A stretch of 64,000 nt of DNA from Octopus vulgaris (taxonomy: Eukaryota): contig OX597842.1 of the NCBI GenBank assembly GCA_951406725.2, positions 22,382,001-22,446,000 on the forward strand, read 5' to 3'. Position 1 is the stretch's first letter. Each line of letters starts with the position of its first letter. The position numbers were made by a program, and so were the translations under genes. Positions 37,311-49,811 of the stretch are shown piece after piece. Below the pieces are notes generated by a model. It did no database searches. It was given only the letters and a program-made list of their open reading frames with translations, and was not told the DNA's origin.

Positions 37311-37925
37311 TCATCATCATCATCATTGTCGTTTAACGTCCGCTTTCCATGCTAGCATGGGTTGGACAATTTGACTGAGGTCTGGCAAACCAGATGGCTG
37401 CACCAGACTCCAGTCTGATCTGGCAGAGTTTCTACAGCTGGATGCCCTTCCTAATGCCAACCACTCCTAGAGTGTAGTGGGTGATTTTACGTGCCACCGG
37501 CACGAGGGCCAGTCAGGTAGTACTGGCAACAGCTACACTCAATGGTGCTTTTTTTTTATGTGCCACCTGCACACCGGCACAAGTGCCAGTAAGGCAACAC
37601 TGGTAACGATCACACTCAAATGGTGCTTTTTACATGCCTCCAGCACAAACGCCATTTAGCCGCTCTGGCAACAATCACGCTCATATGGTACTCTTAGCAC
37701 TCCACTAGCATGGATGCCAGGAGAGGCTGGTAATGGCCATGATCGGTTGGTGCTTTTCATGTGCCACCGGTACAGAAGCCAGTCAAGGCGGTGCTGGCAT
37801 CGGCCACATTCAGATGGTGCTTTTTACGTGCCACCAGCACGGGTATCACAACTACAATTTCCATTTGGTTTTTATTTGATGTTGATGTACTTGACTCAGT
37901 AGGTCTCCTCAAGCACAGCAGGTCG
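37311..37925 (-). mobile_element. SINE-like family D copy
   Basis: (CAT)n followed by the reverse complement of family D. Confidence 0.8.
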
Positions 37926-38184
37926 CAAACTGGCCATATTAAACCAAATATTCAACTCATTTTATTTTCAGACAAACCAGATCCAGCCTCTTGCACCTAC
38001 CCTACAATGTCATTCTAAAACTAAGCTATCACATTATTGAAATCTGTAAACTACAAAATAATGTATGATTAATTGACAACAATATAAATAAATAAACATT
38101 ACATTTGACAAATTAATGTGAATCTAAAACGATTAAAGTTTGAATTATGGTAATTACCTTGTAACAAACATATTCTTTTTGTTT

Positions 38185-38756
38185 TTACTCTTTTACTTGT
38201 TTCACTCATATGACTGCGGCCATGCTGGAGCATCGCCTTTAGTCGAGCAAATCGAACCCAGGACTTATCCTTTGTAAGCCTAGTACTTATTCTATCGGTG
38301 TCTTTAGCCGAACTGCTAAGTTATAGAGACGTAACACACCAGCATCGGTTTCAAGAGATGTTGGAGGGACAAACACAGACACACAAACATATACACACAT
38401 ACATCATCATCATCATTTAACATCTGCTTTGCATGCTAGCATGGGTTGGATAATTTGACTGAGGACTGGTGTACCAGATGGCTGCACCAGGCTCCAATCT
38501 GATCTGGCAGAGTTTCTACAGCTGGATGCCCTTCCTAATGCCAACCACTCCGAGAGTGTAATGGTTGCTTTTACATGCTACCAGCACGAGGGCCAGGGCT
38601 TCTTTCAGTTTCCGTCTACCAAATCCTCTCACAAGGCTTTTGTCAGCCCGAGGCTATAGTAGAAGACACTTGCTCAAGGTGCCACGCAGTGGGACTAAAC
38701 CCAGAACCATGTGGTTGGTAAGCAAGCTACTTACCACACAGCCACTCCTGCGCCTA
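38185..38756 (-). mobile_element. SINE family A interrupted by a family D fragment (~38403-38598)
   Basis: Family A tail, then (CAT)n-led family D segment, then family A head. Confidence 0.8.
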
Positions 38757-39109
38757 TTTTTGTGGAGTAAATTATTTTTTTTTACCTTCTCTTTGGTATT
38801 TTTTATCATTTACTTGTTAGTCATTTGACTGTGGCCATGCTGGGGCACTGCCTTGAACTTTTAGACAAATGAATTGACCCCGACGCTTATTTTTGTTTTA
38901 AAACCTGGTACTTTATTAGTTTCTTTTGCTGAAACCACTAAGCTACAGGAATGTAAACACATCTGCATTGGTTATCAAGCAGTGTGGTGGTTGGGGGGAC
39001 AAACACAGTCACAAAGATACACACACAAACATTATTATTCCAACCAGGAAACCCTGGGTAGCTGTATTTAAATGATTTGTGGGTTTTTTATTTTCTTTAC
39101 CCTCTTCTA

Positions 39110-39675
39110 TTGGGTTGTCCGGAAAGTTTGTGCCGATTTATAGTAGCTTACCTTTCGACTTATTTTAGAACATGGTTGAGTCCATAAAATAGGATTTGAC
39201 TACACCTCCATTTAGAGCACAGTTTACGCTATCTTTTCGTGGAAGAAGGTTTATGTTCCTATAACCTGTGTTAATTCTGTAACCCTTTAAAATGGAAGAT
39301 AAGAAAGTTCATTTTCGGCACTTGATGCTATGGGAACCAGACAAAAATTGCTGCAGCTAGGCTGGGATGTGTTACCCCACCCTCCATATTCACCAGATAT
39401 TGCTCCTTCGGATTTCTGCTTATTCAGGTCTCTGCAGAATAGTCTTAATGGTAAAAAATTCAATTCCTTGGATGACTTAAAAAGATACCTTGGTGAATTC
39501 TGTGCCATGAAACCACCTCAATTTTGGGAAGAGGGTATTTTCAAGTTAAAGGAAAGATGGAGATGCATTGCGCAACAAAATGGTTCATATTTGGTTGATT
39601 AAAAATGTAATGGCAAGTATTTATTGACCTTTTTCTTTCCTTTAAAAATCGACACAAACTTTCCAGACAACCCAA
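39110..39675 (+). mobile_element. Internally deleted mariner transposon with transposase C-terminal remnant
   Basis: TA TSDs and TIRs TTGGGTTGTCCGGAAAGTTTGTG / CACAAACTTTCCAGACAACCCAA. ORF 39330-39602 contains LGWDVLPHPPYSPDIAPSDF (mariner DD34D third-Asp motif). Confidence 0.93.
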
Positions 39676-39696
39676 TACTTGTTGAAGAATTACACC

Positions 39697-40018
39697 GGAA
39701 ATTGCAGCTGTGATACCAGTGCCGGTGGTACATAAGAAAACCATCCGAACGTGGCCGTTGCTGGCACCTCCCCGACTGGCCTCGTGCCAGTGGCATGTAA
39801 AAACCACCATCCGATCATGGCCGTTGCCACCCTCGTCTGGCACGTAAAAAGCACCCACTACACTCATGAAGTGGTTGCCGTTAGGAAGGGCATCCAACCG
39901 TAGAAACTCTGCCAGATCAGACTGGGCCTGGTGCAGCCTTCTGGCTTCCCAGACCCCAGTTGAACCGTCCAACCCATGCTAGCATGGAAAGCGAACACTA
40001 AACAATGATGATGATGAT
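39697..40018 (+). mobile_element. SINE-like family D copy
   Basis: Family D body and (GAT)n tail. Confidence 0.78.
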
Positions 40019-40235
40019 ATATATGACATGCTTCTTTTAGTTTTTGACAGGTTGGTATCAAAAGGGTTTATAGAATCTAAGATTGGACAGTATGATGTGG
40101 AGGACATGATGTTGCCCATGCAGCATGTTCTCATTTTCATGTCACTGATGAATCCAGTGGAGGGTGGGAAAGCCAATGTTTCAGACAGAGTCCTTCGATG
40201 AAAGGACAGAAAATAATGCCAAGGCATGTCATATA

Positions 40236-40448
40236 CGAGGGGTTGCTGGAAAGCTCCTAGCTTAAAGGGTACTACAAAAGGCCTGATTGGAGGCCCAACC
40301 TTTCAAGTTTTTATACAGGGCTTAGAAAAACTGAAGGACTACTGCAATGTGTGTGAAGCTGAGAGGGGAATATGTTGAATAAAATCATAATTAATGGATT
40401 TGTCTTGTATTTTCTTTTATTCAAAGCCAGGAACTTTTCAGCACCTCG
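40236..40448. mobile_element. Mariner-like MITE
   Basis: TA-CGAGGGGTTGCTGGAAAG ... CTTTTCAGCACCTCG-TA. Confidence 0.78.
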
Positions 40449-40460
40449 TATATATACATG

Positions 40461-40504
<44 letters not shown>

Positions 40505-40506
<2 letters not shown>

Positions 40507-40810
40507 CGTGATCACGTGACCGACCAGACCATCAGATGTTGTTACACATCACTGGTCACAATGCACTTTGCATTGTTTTAGCCTTCAAATGGCGCCACCC
40601 CGTTGGCTAAGCGAGCAAGCCAACAGAAGAAAGAATGAGAGAAAGTTGTGGCGAAAGAGTACAGCAGGGATCACCATCACCCCCTGCCGGAGCCTCATGG
40701 AATTTTAGGTGTTTTCACTCAATAAACACTCACAACGCCCGGTCTGGGAATCGAAACCGCGATCCTACGACCGCGAGTCCACTGACCTAACCACTGGGCC
40801 TTTGTGCCTC

Positions 40811-40812
<2 letters not shown>
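40505..40812 (-). mobile_element. tRNA-derived SINE family C in a (TA)n tract
   Basis: Reverse complement of the 43180-43472 copy; CACGTGA tail. Confidence 0.85.
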
Positions 40813-40880
<68 letters not shown>

Positions 40881-40896
40881 GTATATATATATATAC

Positions 40897-41361
40897 ATAC
40901 GAGCAAAACGCCCCCCTCCCCCCCCCCCGTTCAATGGACGGTGCTAAGTTGTCAAACATTTAAACCAAATTTTCTCAAAACAACTTGTCCGACCGTCCCA
41001 TAGGCATCCCCTTTGAGAAACACTGATTTAACCTAAATTTGAGACACCAGCAAAAGAAAAAAGCTTTCCATTACAATCCACAAGAAGTTTATTTGTCTCA
41101 TCCTCACATGATCATTGGTAGCATGTCATCTGTTTGCGTCCATTGTAACACCAAGAGGTGGCCAGCATGCATACAAATGCACGTTCCCATGGCTTTATCG
41201 ATCACATCCTCACCTGGAATCGATTTTTGTAATTTTTTCAAGACTTATACACGCCCTGATACCGTCGGTATCTACATATCAAATTTGAGTGCAATCGGAT
41301 GGAGGTTGCCCGAGATTCTAGAAGACACACAGACAGACACAATGGATTTTATATAATAGAT
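40897..41361 (+). mobile_element. Non-autonomous Helitron-like element carrying a RepHel N-terminal fragment
   Basis: AFHYNPQEVYLSHPHMIIGSMSSVCVHCNTKRW resembles the Helitron RepHel N-terminal CxxC region. The end AAATTTGAGTGCAATCGGATG...ACAGACAGACAC...TTTTATATAATAAGAT resembles non-autonomous Helitron/Helentron ends. Confidence 0.6.
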
Positions 41362-41372
41362 ATATACATACA

Positions 41373-41536
41373 TAGGCGCAGGAGTGGCTGTGTGGTAAGT
41401 AGCTTGCTTACCAACCACATGGTTCCGGGTTCAGTCCCACTGCGTGGCATCTTGGGCAAGTGTCTTCTGCTATAGCCCCGGGCTGACCAATGCCTTGTGA
41501 GTGGATTTGGTAGAAGGAAACTGAAAGAAACCTGTC

Positions 41537-41574
<38 letters not shown>

Positions 41575-41765
41575 GTTTGTCCCCATAGCATTGCTTGACA
41601 ACCGATGCTGGTGTGTTTATGTCCAAGTCACATAGCGGTTCAGCAAAAGAGACCGATAGAATAAGTACTGGGCTTACAAAGAATAAGTCCCGGGGTCGAT
41701 TTGCTCGACTAAAGGCGGTGCTCCAGCATGGCCTCAGTCAAATGACTGAAACAAGTAAAGGAGTA
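41373..41765 (+). mobile_element. SINE family A
   Basis: Full family A consensus. Confidence 0.88.
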
Positions 41766-41976
41766 AGTGTTGATGAATGGTTCAATTATTAAATTCAAGC
41801 TTCTCTGCTGGTTCCTCAACAATTACAATGGGATTTTGCTCCACCAGGATTTGTAGTACGTCCTTGTCAAGCTCTACAGATCTTCCAGGACAAGGCTCAT
41901 CGTCTCCGCAGTATTTTCTGGCGTCACCGTTAACACTGCCTTATGCTTACTGCCTGATTCCCATATACTGCTCTCT

Positions 41977-42703
41977 TCACTCTTTTACTCGTTTCGGTCA
42001 GTTGACTGCGGCCATGCTGGAGCACCGCCTTTAGTCGAGCAACTCGACCCCGGGACTTATTCTTTGTAAGCCCAGTACTTATTCTATCGGTCCCCTTTGC
42101 TGAACCGCTAAGTAACGGGGACATAAAAACACCAGCATCGGTTATCAGGCCATGCTAGGGGGACAAACACACACATGCATATATATATATATACATATAT
42201 ACGACGGGCTTCTTTCAGTTTCCGTCTACCAAATCCACTCACAAGGCATTGGTCGGCTTGGGGCTATAGTAGAAGACACTTGCCCAAGGTGCCACGCAGT
42301 GGGACTGAACTCGGAACCATGTAGTTGGTAAACAAGCTACTTACCACACAGCCACTCCTGTGCCTATATACGATGGGCTTCTTTCAGTTTCCGTCTACCA
42401 AATCCACTCACAAGGCATTGGTCAGCTTGGGGCTATAGTAGAAGACACTTGCCCAAGGTGCCACGCAGTGGGACTGAACCCGGAACCATGTAGTTGGTAA
42501 ACAAGCTACTTACCACACAGCCACTCCTGTGCCTATATACGATGGGCTTCTTTCAGTTTCCGTCTACCAAATCCACTCACAAGGCATTGATCAGCTCGGG
42601 GCTATAGTAGAAGATACTTGCCCAAGGTGCCACGCAGTGGGACTGAACCCGGAACCATGTGCTTGGTAAACAAGCTACTTACCACACAGCCACTCCTGCA
42701 CCT
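41977..42703 (-). mobile_element. SINE family A with three tandem 5' heads
   Basis: ~169-bp head unit repeated at ~42203, 42371 and 42541. Confidence 0.88.
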
Positions 42704-43179
42704 TAATACTGCATTAATATTCCTTGTTGTTGTTGCCTTTATTGCACTCATAAATTAAAATATGCTGAATATCCTCTTTTGAAAAAAATAATTGTTAAAA
42801 TCGAACTGCACTCTATAAAATTTGCATTGAGGATAAATACAAGGCAAAGTTACTACCTGCTTTTATAGCAAGCTGATGCAGGTAGTTTATCCTATCCCCC
42901 TCTGCAATGGAAAAATCTGCATCATATATGGTAGGACCCCATATATATATATATATATCATCATCATCATCATCATCGTTTAATGTCCACTTTCCATGCT
43001 AGCATGGGTCGGTTGGTTCGACCAGGGTCTGGGAAGCCAGGTGGCTGCACCAGGCTCCAGTCTGATCTGGCAGTGTTTCAACAGCTGGATGGCCTTCCTA
43101 ATGCCAACCACTCCATGAGTGTAGTGGGTGCTTTTTACGTGTCACCGGCACAGGAGCCAGAGGATATATATATATATAT

Positions 43180-43472
43180 GTGGAGGCGCAATGGCCTAGT
43201 GGTTAGGGCAGCGGACTCGCGGTCGTAGGATCGCGGTTTCGATTCCCAGACCGGGCGTTGTGAGTGTTTATTGAGCAAAAACACCTAAAAGCTCCACGAG
43301 GCTCCGGCAGGGCGTGGTGATCCCTGCTGTACTCTTTCACCACACTTTCTTCTGTTGGCCTGCTCGCTTAGCCAGCGGGGTGGCGTCATTCGAAGGCTAA
43401 AACAATGCGAACGCATTGTGAACAGTGATGTGTAACTACATCTGATGGACTGGTCGGTCACGTGACGTGATG
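43180..43472 (+). mobile_element. tRNA-derived SINE family C
   Basis: TGGCCTAGTGGTTAGGGC A-box and GGTTTCGATTCCC B-box in a tRNA-like head; GTCACGTGA tail; inserted in (TA)n. Confidence 0.88.
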
Positions 43473-43488
43473 ATATATATATATATAT

Positions 43489-44031
43489 ACTCTTTCACTT
43501 GTTTCAATCATTTGACTGTTGCCATGCTGGAGCACCACCTTTAGTCGAGCAAATCGACCTCCAGGACTTATTCTTTGTAAGCCTAGTACTTATTCTATCG
43601 GTCTCTTTTGCCGATCCGCTAAGTTACGAGGATGTAAACACACCAACATCGGTTGTCAAGCGATATTGGGGAAACAAACACAGACACACAAACATATACA
43701 CACGCATACATATATATATATATACATATACACGACAGGCTTCTTTCAGTTTCCGTCTACCAAATCCACTCATAAGGCTTTGGTCAGCCCGAGGCTATAG
43801 TAGAAGACTCTTACCCAAGTGCCATGCAGTGGGACTGAATCCAGAACCGTGTGGTTGGTTAGCAAGCTACTTACCACACAGCCACTCCCATATATATATA
43901 TATATAAATGCGGTTTCAGTTTCCATTTACCAAATCCACTCACAAGGCTTTGGTTAGCCCAAGGCTATAAATAGAAGACATTTGCCCAAGGTGCCACGCA
44001 GTGGGACTGAACCCAGAACCGTGTGGTTGGG
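43489..44031 (-). mobile_element. SINE family A plus second head
   Basis: Family A consensus. Confidence 0.85.
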
Positions 44032-44378
44032 AATCCGGCTTCGGAGCAAGAATGGCCTTCAACCATTTCTATGATATGAAATGCAAAGGTTGTATTGCCC
44101 AAGCTAGGATGCTGTTAAATGTTTTAATCTTTTCTGTTATCTTGGTGCGGTACTGTGGATAAATTTGAGACTTTAGCTCTTATTTCTAGCAAGTGGATGC
44201 TTGTTTAAGCATCCTAACACTTCGTACAACTTAATAATTCATAGCTATTTAATGCTATTGCACCTGCGATCCACCTATGTCACTGCTGGTGATATCATCA
44301 ATTTTAAAATTTATCCACAGATGATATGAACAGTAGCGACATCTGATTTCAAATCTCAGTATTTGAATGTTTTGCTTA

Positions 44379-44416
<38 letters not shown>

Positions 44417-44420
44417 CATA

Positions 44421-44455
<35 letters not shown>

Positions 44456-45084
44456 CAAAATATATATATATATATTGGGCCACTTGGTGTTGAATAGATA
44501 TACTATTAAATTAGTATCTAATTCTCACACCTTATTAATTAATTAATTATATATATATATATATATATAAATATATATATATATACAAATATACAGGAAT
44601 GTGACGAAAGAACTCTGGTTGAAATAAGATTAAGATTAATGTAAAAAATGAATAACACTGAAGCAAATTAACACCAAATATATAGTGCGTGTGTTTTTAT
44701 TGGCTAAACTGGCAACATGACCATTCCGAAATATAACAATATAAATATATATATATACTCGTATATATATATATATTTGTGTGTGTGTGTGTGTGTGTGT
44801 GTATGCATGTATATATACGAGGTGTTGAACAGTTCCTGGTTTTGAATAAAAGAAAATACAAGACAAATCCATTAATTATTATTTTATTCAATATATTCCC
44901 CTCTCAGCTTCACACACAGTTTCACATAAAATAGGTTAAATATTTTGGCCTGACACAGCAGGCTCAAATGCTAAAGGGTTAAATGTTAAAACAATTACTT
45001 TTTCATAGGAATAAAAATGTGTGTAGTTGAGTGACTTGTTGAAGAGAATCATTTGCCAATGATATCACAGCAACATGGTCTTCC

Positions 45085-46356
45085 TCACATATGTATGCGT
45101 TTGTGAATATTTAAAGGATTTCCTGAAGAAAATGATTTACCACAGATATCACAGTGATATGGCTTTTCTCCTGTGTGAATACGTTTGTGTATAGTTAAGC
45201 TGTTTACTTGAGAGAAAGATTTACCACAAGTACTGCAATGATATGGTTTCTCTCCTGTATGAATACGTTTGTGTATAGTTAATTCACCACTTTGGCAAAA
45301 TGATTTACTGCAGATATCACAGTGATATGGCTTCTCTGCTGTATGAATACGTCTGTGTCTAGTTAAGGCACTACTTACAGAGAATGATTTACCACAGATA
45401 TCACAGCAATATGGTTTTTCTCCAGTATGAACACGTTTGTGTTTAGTTAATTCACTTGTCTGAGCGACTGATTTCCCACAGATATCACATTGATACGGTC
45501 TGTCTCCTGTATGAATGCGTTTATGAGAAGTTAAGTGACCACTTTCAGAGAATGATTTACCACAGATATCACACTGATATGGTTTCTCTCCTGTATGAAT
45601 ACGTTTATGTTTGGTCAGGTGTTCATTCTGAGAGAAGGTTTTACCGCAGATATCACAATGATATGGTTTTCCTCCTGTATGCATATGCATGTGGTTATTT
45701 AAGCCAGATCTTTGAGAAAATGATTTACTGCAGATATCACACTGATATGGTTTTTCTCCTGTATGAATACGTCTATGTTTAGTCAAGTGCTCATTTTGAG
45801 AAAAAGATTTACCACAGATATCACAGTGATATGGTTTAACTCCTGTGTGTGTTAGTAAGTGGTTTGTTAATCCAGATCTTTGAGAGAATGATTTGCTGCA
45901 GATATCACACTGATATGGTTTTTCTCCTGTATGGATACGTTTATGTTTGGTTAAGTGTTCCTTTTGAGAGAATGCTTTACCACAGATATCACACTGATAT
46001 GGTTTTAGCCCTGTGTGAATATATAAGTGATTAGTTAAAGTAGACCTCTGAGAAAACGATTTCCTACAGATATCACAGTGATATGGTTTCTCTCCTGTAT
46101 GAATGTATTTGTGTCCAATTAAGTGAACATTTTGAGAGAATGATTTACCACAGACATCACAACGATATGGTTTTTCTCCCGTATGAATGTATTTGTGAGT
46201 AGTGAGATTGGACTTCTTATAGAATGACTTACCACAGACATCACAGTGATATAAGCTTTCTCTCTTTGTGTTCTCTTTCTTTATATCATCAGGAAATTCA
46301 ATACTTTTAAACTGTGATTTAAATCTAACCTTGGTCACTAATAATTCATTCTCCAT
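45085..46356 (-). CDS. C2H2 zinc-finger protein, 14 tandem fingers; inverted paralogue of 35628-37067
   Basis: 423-aa ORF with the same leader and first two fingers at protein level. Flanking non-coding DNA is also homologous (35199-37233 vs 46786-44921). Confidence 0.95.
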   Translation of the reverse strand: MENELLVTKVRFKSQFKSIEFPDDIKKENTKRESLYHCDVCGKSFYKKSNLTTHKYIHTGEKPYRCDVCGKSFSQNVHLIGHKYIHTGEKPYHCDICRKSFSQRSTLTNHLYIHTGLKPYQCDICGKAFSQKEHLTKHKRIHTGEKPYQCDICSKSFSQRSGLTNHLLTHTGVKPYHCDICGKSFSQNEHLTKHRRIHTGEKPYQCDICSKSFSQRSGLNNHMHMHTGGKPYHCDICGKTFSQNEHLTKHKRIHTGEKPYQCDICGKSFSESGHLTSHKRIHTGDRPYQCDICGKSVAQTSELTKHKRVHTGEKPYCCDICGKSFSVSSALTRHRRIHTAEKPYHCDICSKSFCQSGELTIHKRIHTGEKPYHCSTCGKSFSQVNSLTIHKRIHTGEKPYHCDICGKSFSSGNPLNIHKRIHM

Positions 46357-46786
46357 TGTTCATATTATCTCACCACAATAAATATATATGTTCTACTTTT
46401 TGTTGTTACATTTGATTCTAATATTTCTTCTGCTATATTTCCAACATTGGCAATCTTTCTCAATATCTGAAAATACTGCAAACTCCTTTGAAAATTTGTC
46501 CAAGTTTTATAAGAAATATCTTGATATAAATTCCAGTTGAAAAGAAATATTTCACCATAATTCACTGTAGACTTATGTAAAGTGTTATATATGTTCCATT
46601 ACATATTTCTTTAGCCATTAAAAGACAACTGGCGTTGATGATGTTACACAGGTAAACAATTCCTTTCTGATAATCTGATCTGAAATGTAAAATACAGAAA
46701 AATCTTTAAAATAAGAGAAAAAACAGTGAAAATTTCAGTGTATTCTTATAAAGATGAATTATAATTTATCAAATGTAATCCATATT

Positions 46787-48090
46787 GAGGTGGAAGACGC
46801 ATCATGGCTTAGAAAGAAGGATGACCACAACCACATCAATGTGGCCGAAATGGATGCTGTGTTGAATGTTGTCAACCTAGCATTGAGATGAGGACTGCAA
46901 ACTGTTGAGGTCCAGATTGATTCTGCCTCAGTGGTCACCAACCGGAAGAGGATTTGTATGAAAGGGGCCATGGAAATGGTGATCAAGCATTGTCTGGGAA
47001 TCCTGAAGGAGCTAGCTGCCAAGTTCACCCTACAACTGCATGCAGTGTTTGTGCCCTCGGAAAAGAATAAGGCAGATGTTCTAACCAGAGTGAAAAAAGA
47101 ATTGGTTGGAAACAGGAGAGGGGTTTGTTGGTTGGAGGACACAGAATTAAGGAGGCTGCACAGTATGTGGAACTGTGACAGGTGCCAATTGGCTGATCCT
47201 GCCCCGGACACACTTGAACCAGGAAACATTCAGATAGAGGAAGAATGAAAGATGCTAGCTATTGATGCGACATGCTATCGGGGAAAGGTGTACCTTTCAA
47301 TGGTCGACTGTGAACCGGGACAAATGACTATATGGAGAAAAATTAGGGTGGAGACTGTTGTCGAAGTCACAGAGGTCCTGTATGCAGTGTTTTTGGAAAG
47401 GGGGCTGGTAGACAAGCTATTGATGGATAACAGCTCAGTTTTTTGCTCAGAGCTGCTGAGAGAGATGCTTGGAAGATGGAGTATGGGAAAACTTATTCAG
47501 AGCTGTATGCAGGCCAGGTAGAATTGGGATTGTGGAGCGGTACCACTGTATGATTTAAGCCATGGCTGAGAAGGGATGAATCTCCCCTATAGGGGCAGTC
47601 TTCTTGTATGATATGTTGCCCAGGGTAGGACAAGCCAAAGAGTCGGTCCTGCACAGGGCTGTAATCCGATACAAATGGAGACACCCGAGCATGGTGCCAC
47701 AGCGGCACAATCATGGTGCAGCACCCTGAATAATGTGTCAATGGATGTCTTAGATATTCGAAGGGTGATTAGGTCTTCCGATGACGAAGGGTAGGGAAAA
47801 GGCGACTCCGAGACCCTACGGAGATCTCTAAGGGAACGTTCCCAGCCCCAGGTAGATGGATGATTACAAGACAGAACAAGGAGCAGTGATCGTTAGATCG
47901 GGGTAGGGTGGGGGGCATGTGGTGGAAGGAAGAATGGAAGCGTCGAGAGATGACGGCAGCGAGTGAGAAGAAAAATTTTCCCCTGCGTTTGGTTTTTTCC
48001 TGGGGATGCGAGCTGTGACAGACGCCAGTGGTGAAGATACTAAGGTCATATTTAACACGGGTGAAGAATTGATCAATCTGTCAGCGGTAC
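46787..48090 (+). mobile_element. Degenerate Ty3/Gypsy LTR-retrotransposon 3' part (RNase H-like, integrase, PPT, start of 3' LTR)
   Basis: EDASWLRKKDDHNHINVAEMDAV and LAIDATCYRGKVYLSMVDC...LLMDNSSVF (integrase D,D core), with stops. Purine tract GGGGTAGGGTGGGGGG followed by TG at 47918. Confidence 0.8.
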
Positions 48091-48095
48091 CTGAG

Positions 48096-48462
48096 GAGGC
48101 GAGCTGGCAGAAACGTTAGCACACCGGGCGAATTGCGTAGCCGTATTTCGTCTGCCGTTTCGTTCTGAGTTCAAATTCCGCCGAGGTCAACTTTGCCTTT
48201 TATCCTTTCATGGTCGATAAATTAAGTACCAGTTTCGCACTGGGGTCGATGTAATCGACTTAATTCCTTTGTCTGTCCTCTCTGTGTTTAGCCCCTTGTG
48301 GGTAGTAAAGAAATAGGTATTTCGTCTGCCGCTCGTTCTGAGTTCAAATTCCGCTGAGGTTGACTGTGCCTCTCATCCTTTTGGGGTCGATTAAATAAAT
48401 GCCAGTTACACACTGGGGTCAATATAATCGACTTAGTCCATTTCTCTGTCCTTGTTTGTCCC
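48096..48462 (+). mobile_element. SINE family B partial dimer
   Basis: Family B consensus. Confidence 0.85.
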
Positions 48463-49795
48463 TTGAGTATAATATGCAGGGGATTTTTAGGGGGCTGTAC
48501 CACTGAAAAACCTAAACCTTGAGTATAATATCCACCCCTTCTCTAACTTGAGTCAAGGAGGTCTATATAACGTCCTTGGTTTGTACAAATGTATACAGTA
48601 ACGTCCTTTATTATTATTGTATATATAACATAATGCAAGCGTGTAGCTTTTTTGTGCATTTTGTTTGCAGAAAATAAAGAAATAACAGTAATAACGTTTA
48701 ATAAATGTTGCTTACTGCAAGTTATGGATGATTCTTTTATGACTTCATTGCTTTCAGGCTTAGCTTAAGGTATTTTCGCGCCTGACATCACAAAATGCGT
48801 CTGAATAAACATTGCCAGACATCAAATAGAGTCTCGGACATTGCTCAGGAAATAATTTTCATTTTTAACTTCGTATATAGTACGCTCTAGGGATTTTGAT
48901 CTTTAAATTTTGGGAAAAAAATGCGGATTATACTCGAAGATTTACGGTATATATATATATAGTTGAATAAGGGTAGAAATTGATATTAATCAATTAAAAC
49001 CAGTGGCCTAGCATATTAAAAAAATATGAAGATTAAAATATTTTTTACATACAAAATTTAAAGGACTGACCACTAAAAGTGGACGGTCAATATGCTAGAT
49101 ATAGACGTCAATGTGCTGAGTTTTCTCTTGAGAACACATTCTTGGTGGAAAATAGCGATTTTGACGTCTATATCTAGCATATTGACCGTCCACTTTTAGT
49201 GGTCAGTCCTTTAAATTTTATATATATATATACATATATATATGTGATGTATATCAGTATGTATGTGTGCGCACCGAATTTTATTCATGATATAATTGTA
49301 ATCTACACCACCTGAAAATTTGATTTTAAAATATTCATTTCACTCTAAGTTATGAGAAAGCAAAGACAGGTGTGCAATAGTTTTGCAGGTAGGCCTGTTT
49401 AATTACAATTAATTACATTTGAGGATAGACAATAAAAAAACTCGGGAACTTTCACGTTTGACAGGAAATTTCAATTAACCCATATTCACAGAAATTTACT
49501 AAAAATAAAATATATGTTATATTTTACCTGTTACAATATATAACTCAGTGTTCCGTGAAAAATGTAATTATATTACACCAAAGTGCAATTAACTGGAGAT
49601 TAAAGTCAACAAAATTTTTGGGAAAAGTAAAAATCGACTGGGAACAAACGAAACGTACTAAATATCCGGAAGTTGTCACCTGGTATGTCTTAGCCTTCAT
49701 TTGAATATTCTGTGGTGTCTGGGGAGAATATCTTTATTATGATCATGGTGATCTTACATAAAATGGGGCAAAACAGGACAAACAAAAGACAGGTA
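48462..49795. repeat. Segment duplicated in inverted orientation at 55940-57780
   Basis: Colinear reverse-complement match that includes the pogo-like MITE, a palindromic repeat and unique AT-rich sequence. Confidence 0.92.
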
Positions 49796-49811
49796 CTAGT
49801 CGTGTAGACTG

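Noticed and set aside
43180-43255. tRNA-like sequence with A and B boxes (also 24950, 54348)
   Set aside because: These continue into SINE bodies, several with TSDs, and lack a proper acceptor stem; they are SINE heads, not tRNA genes.
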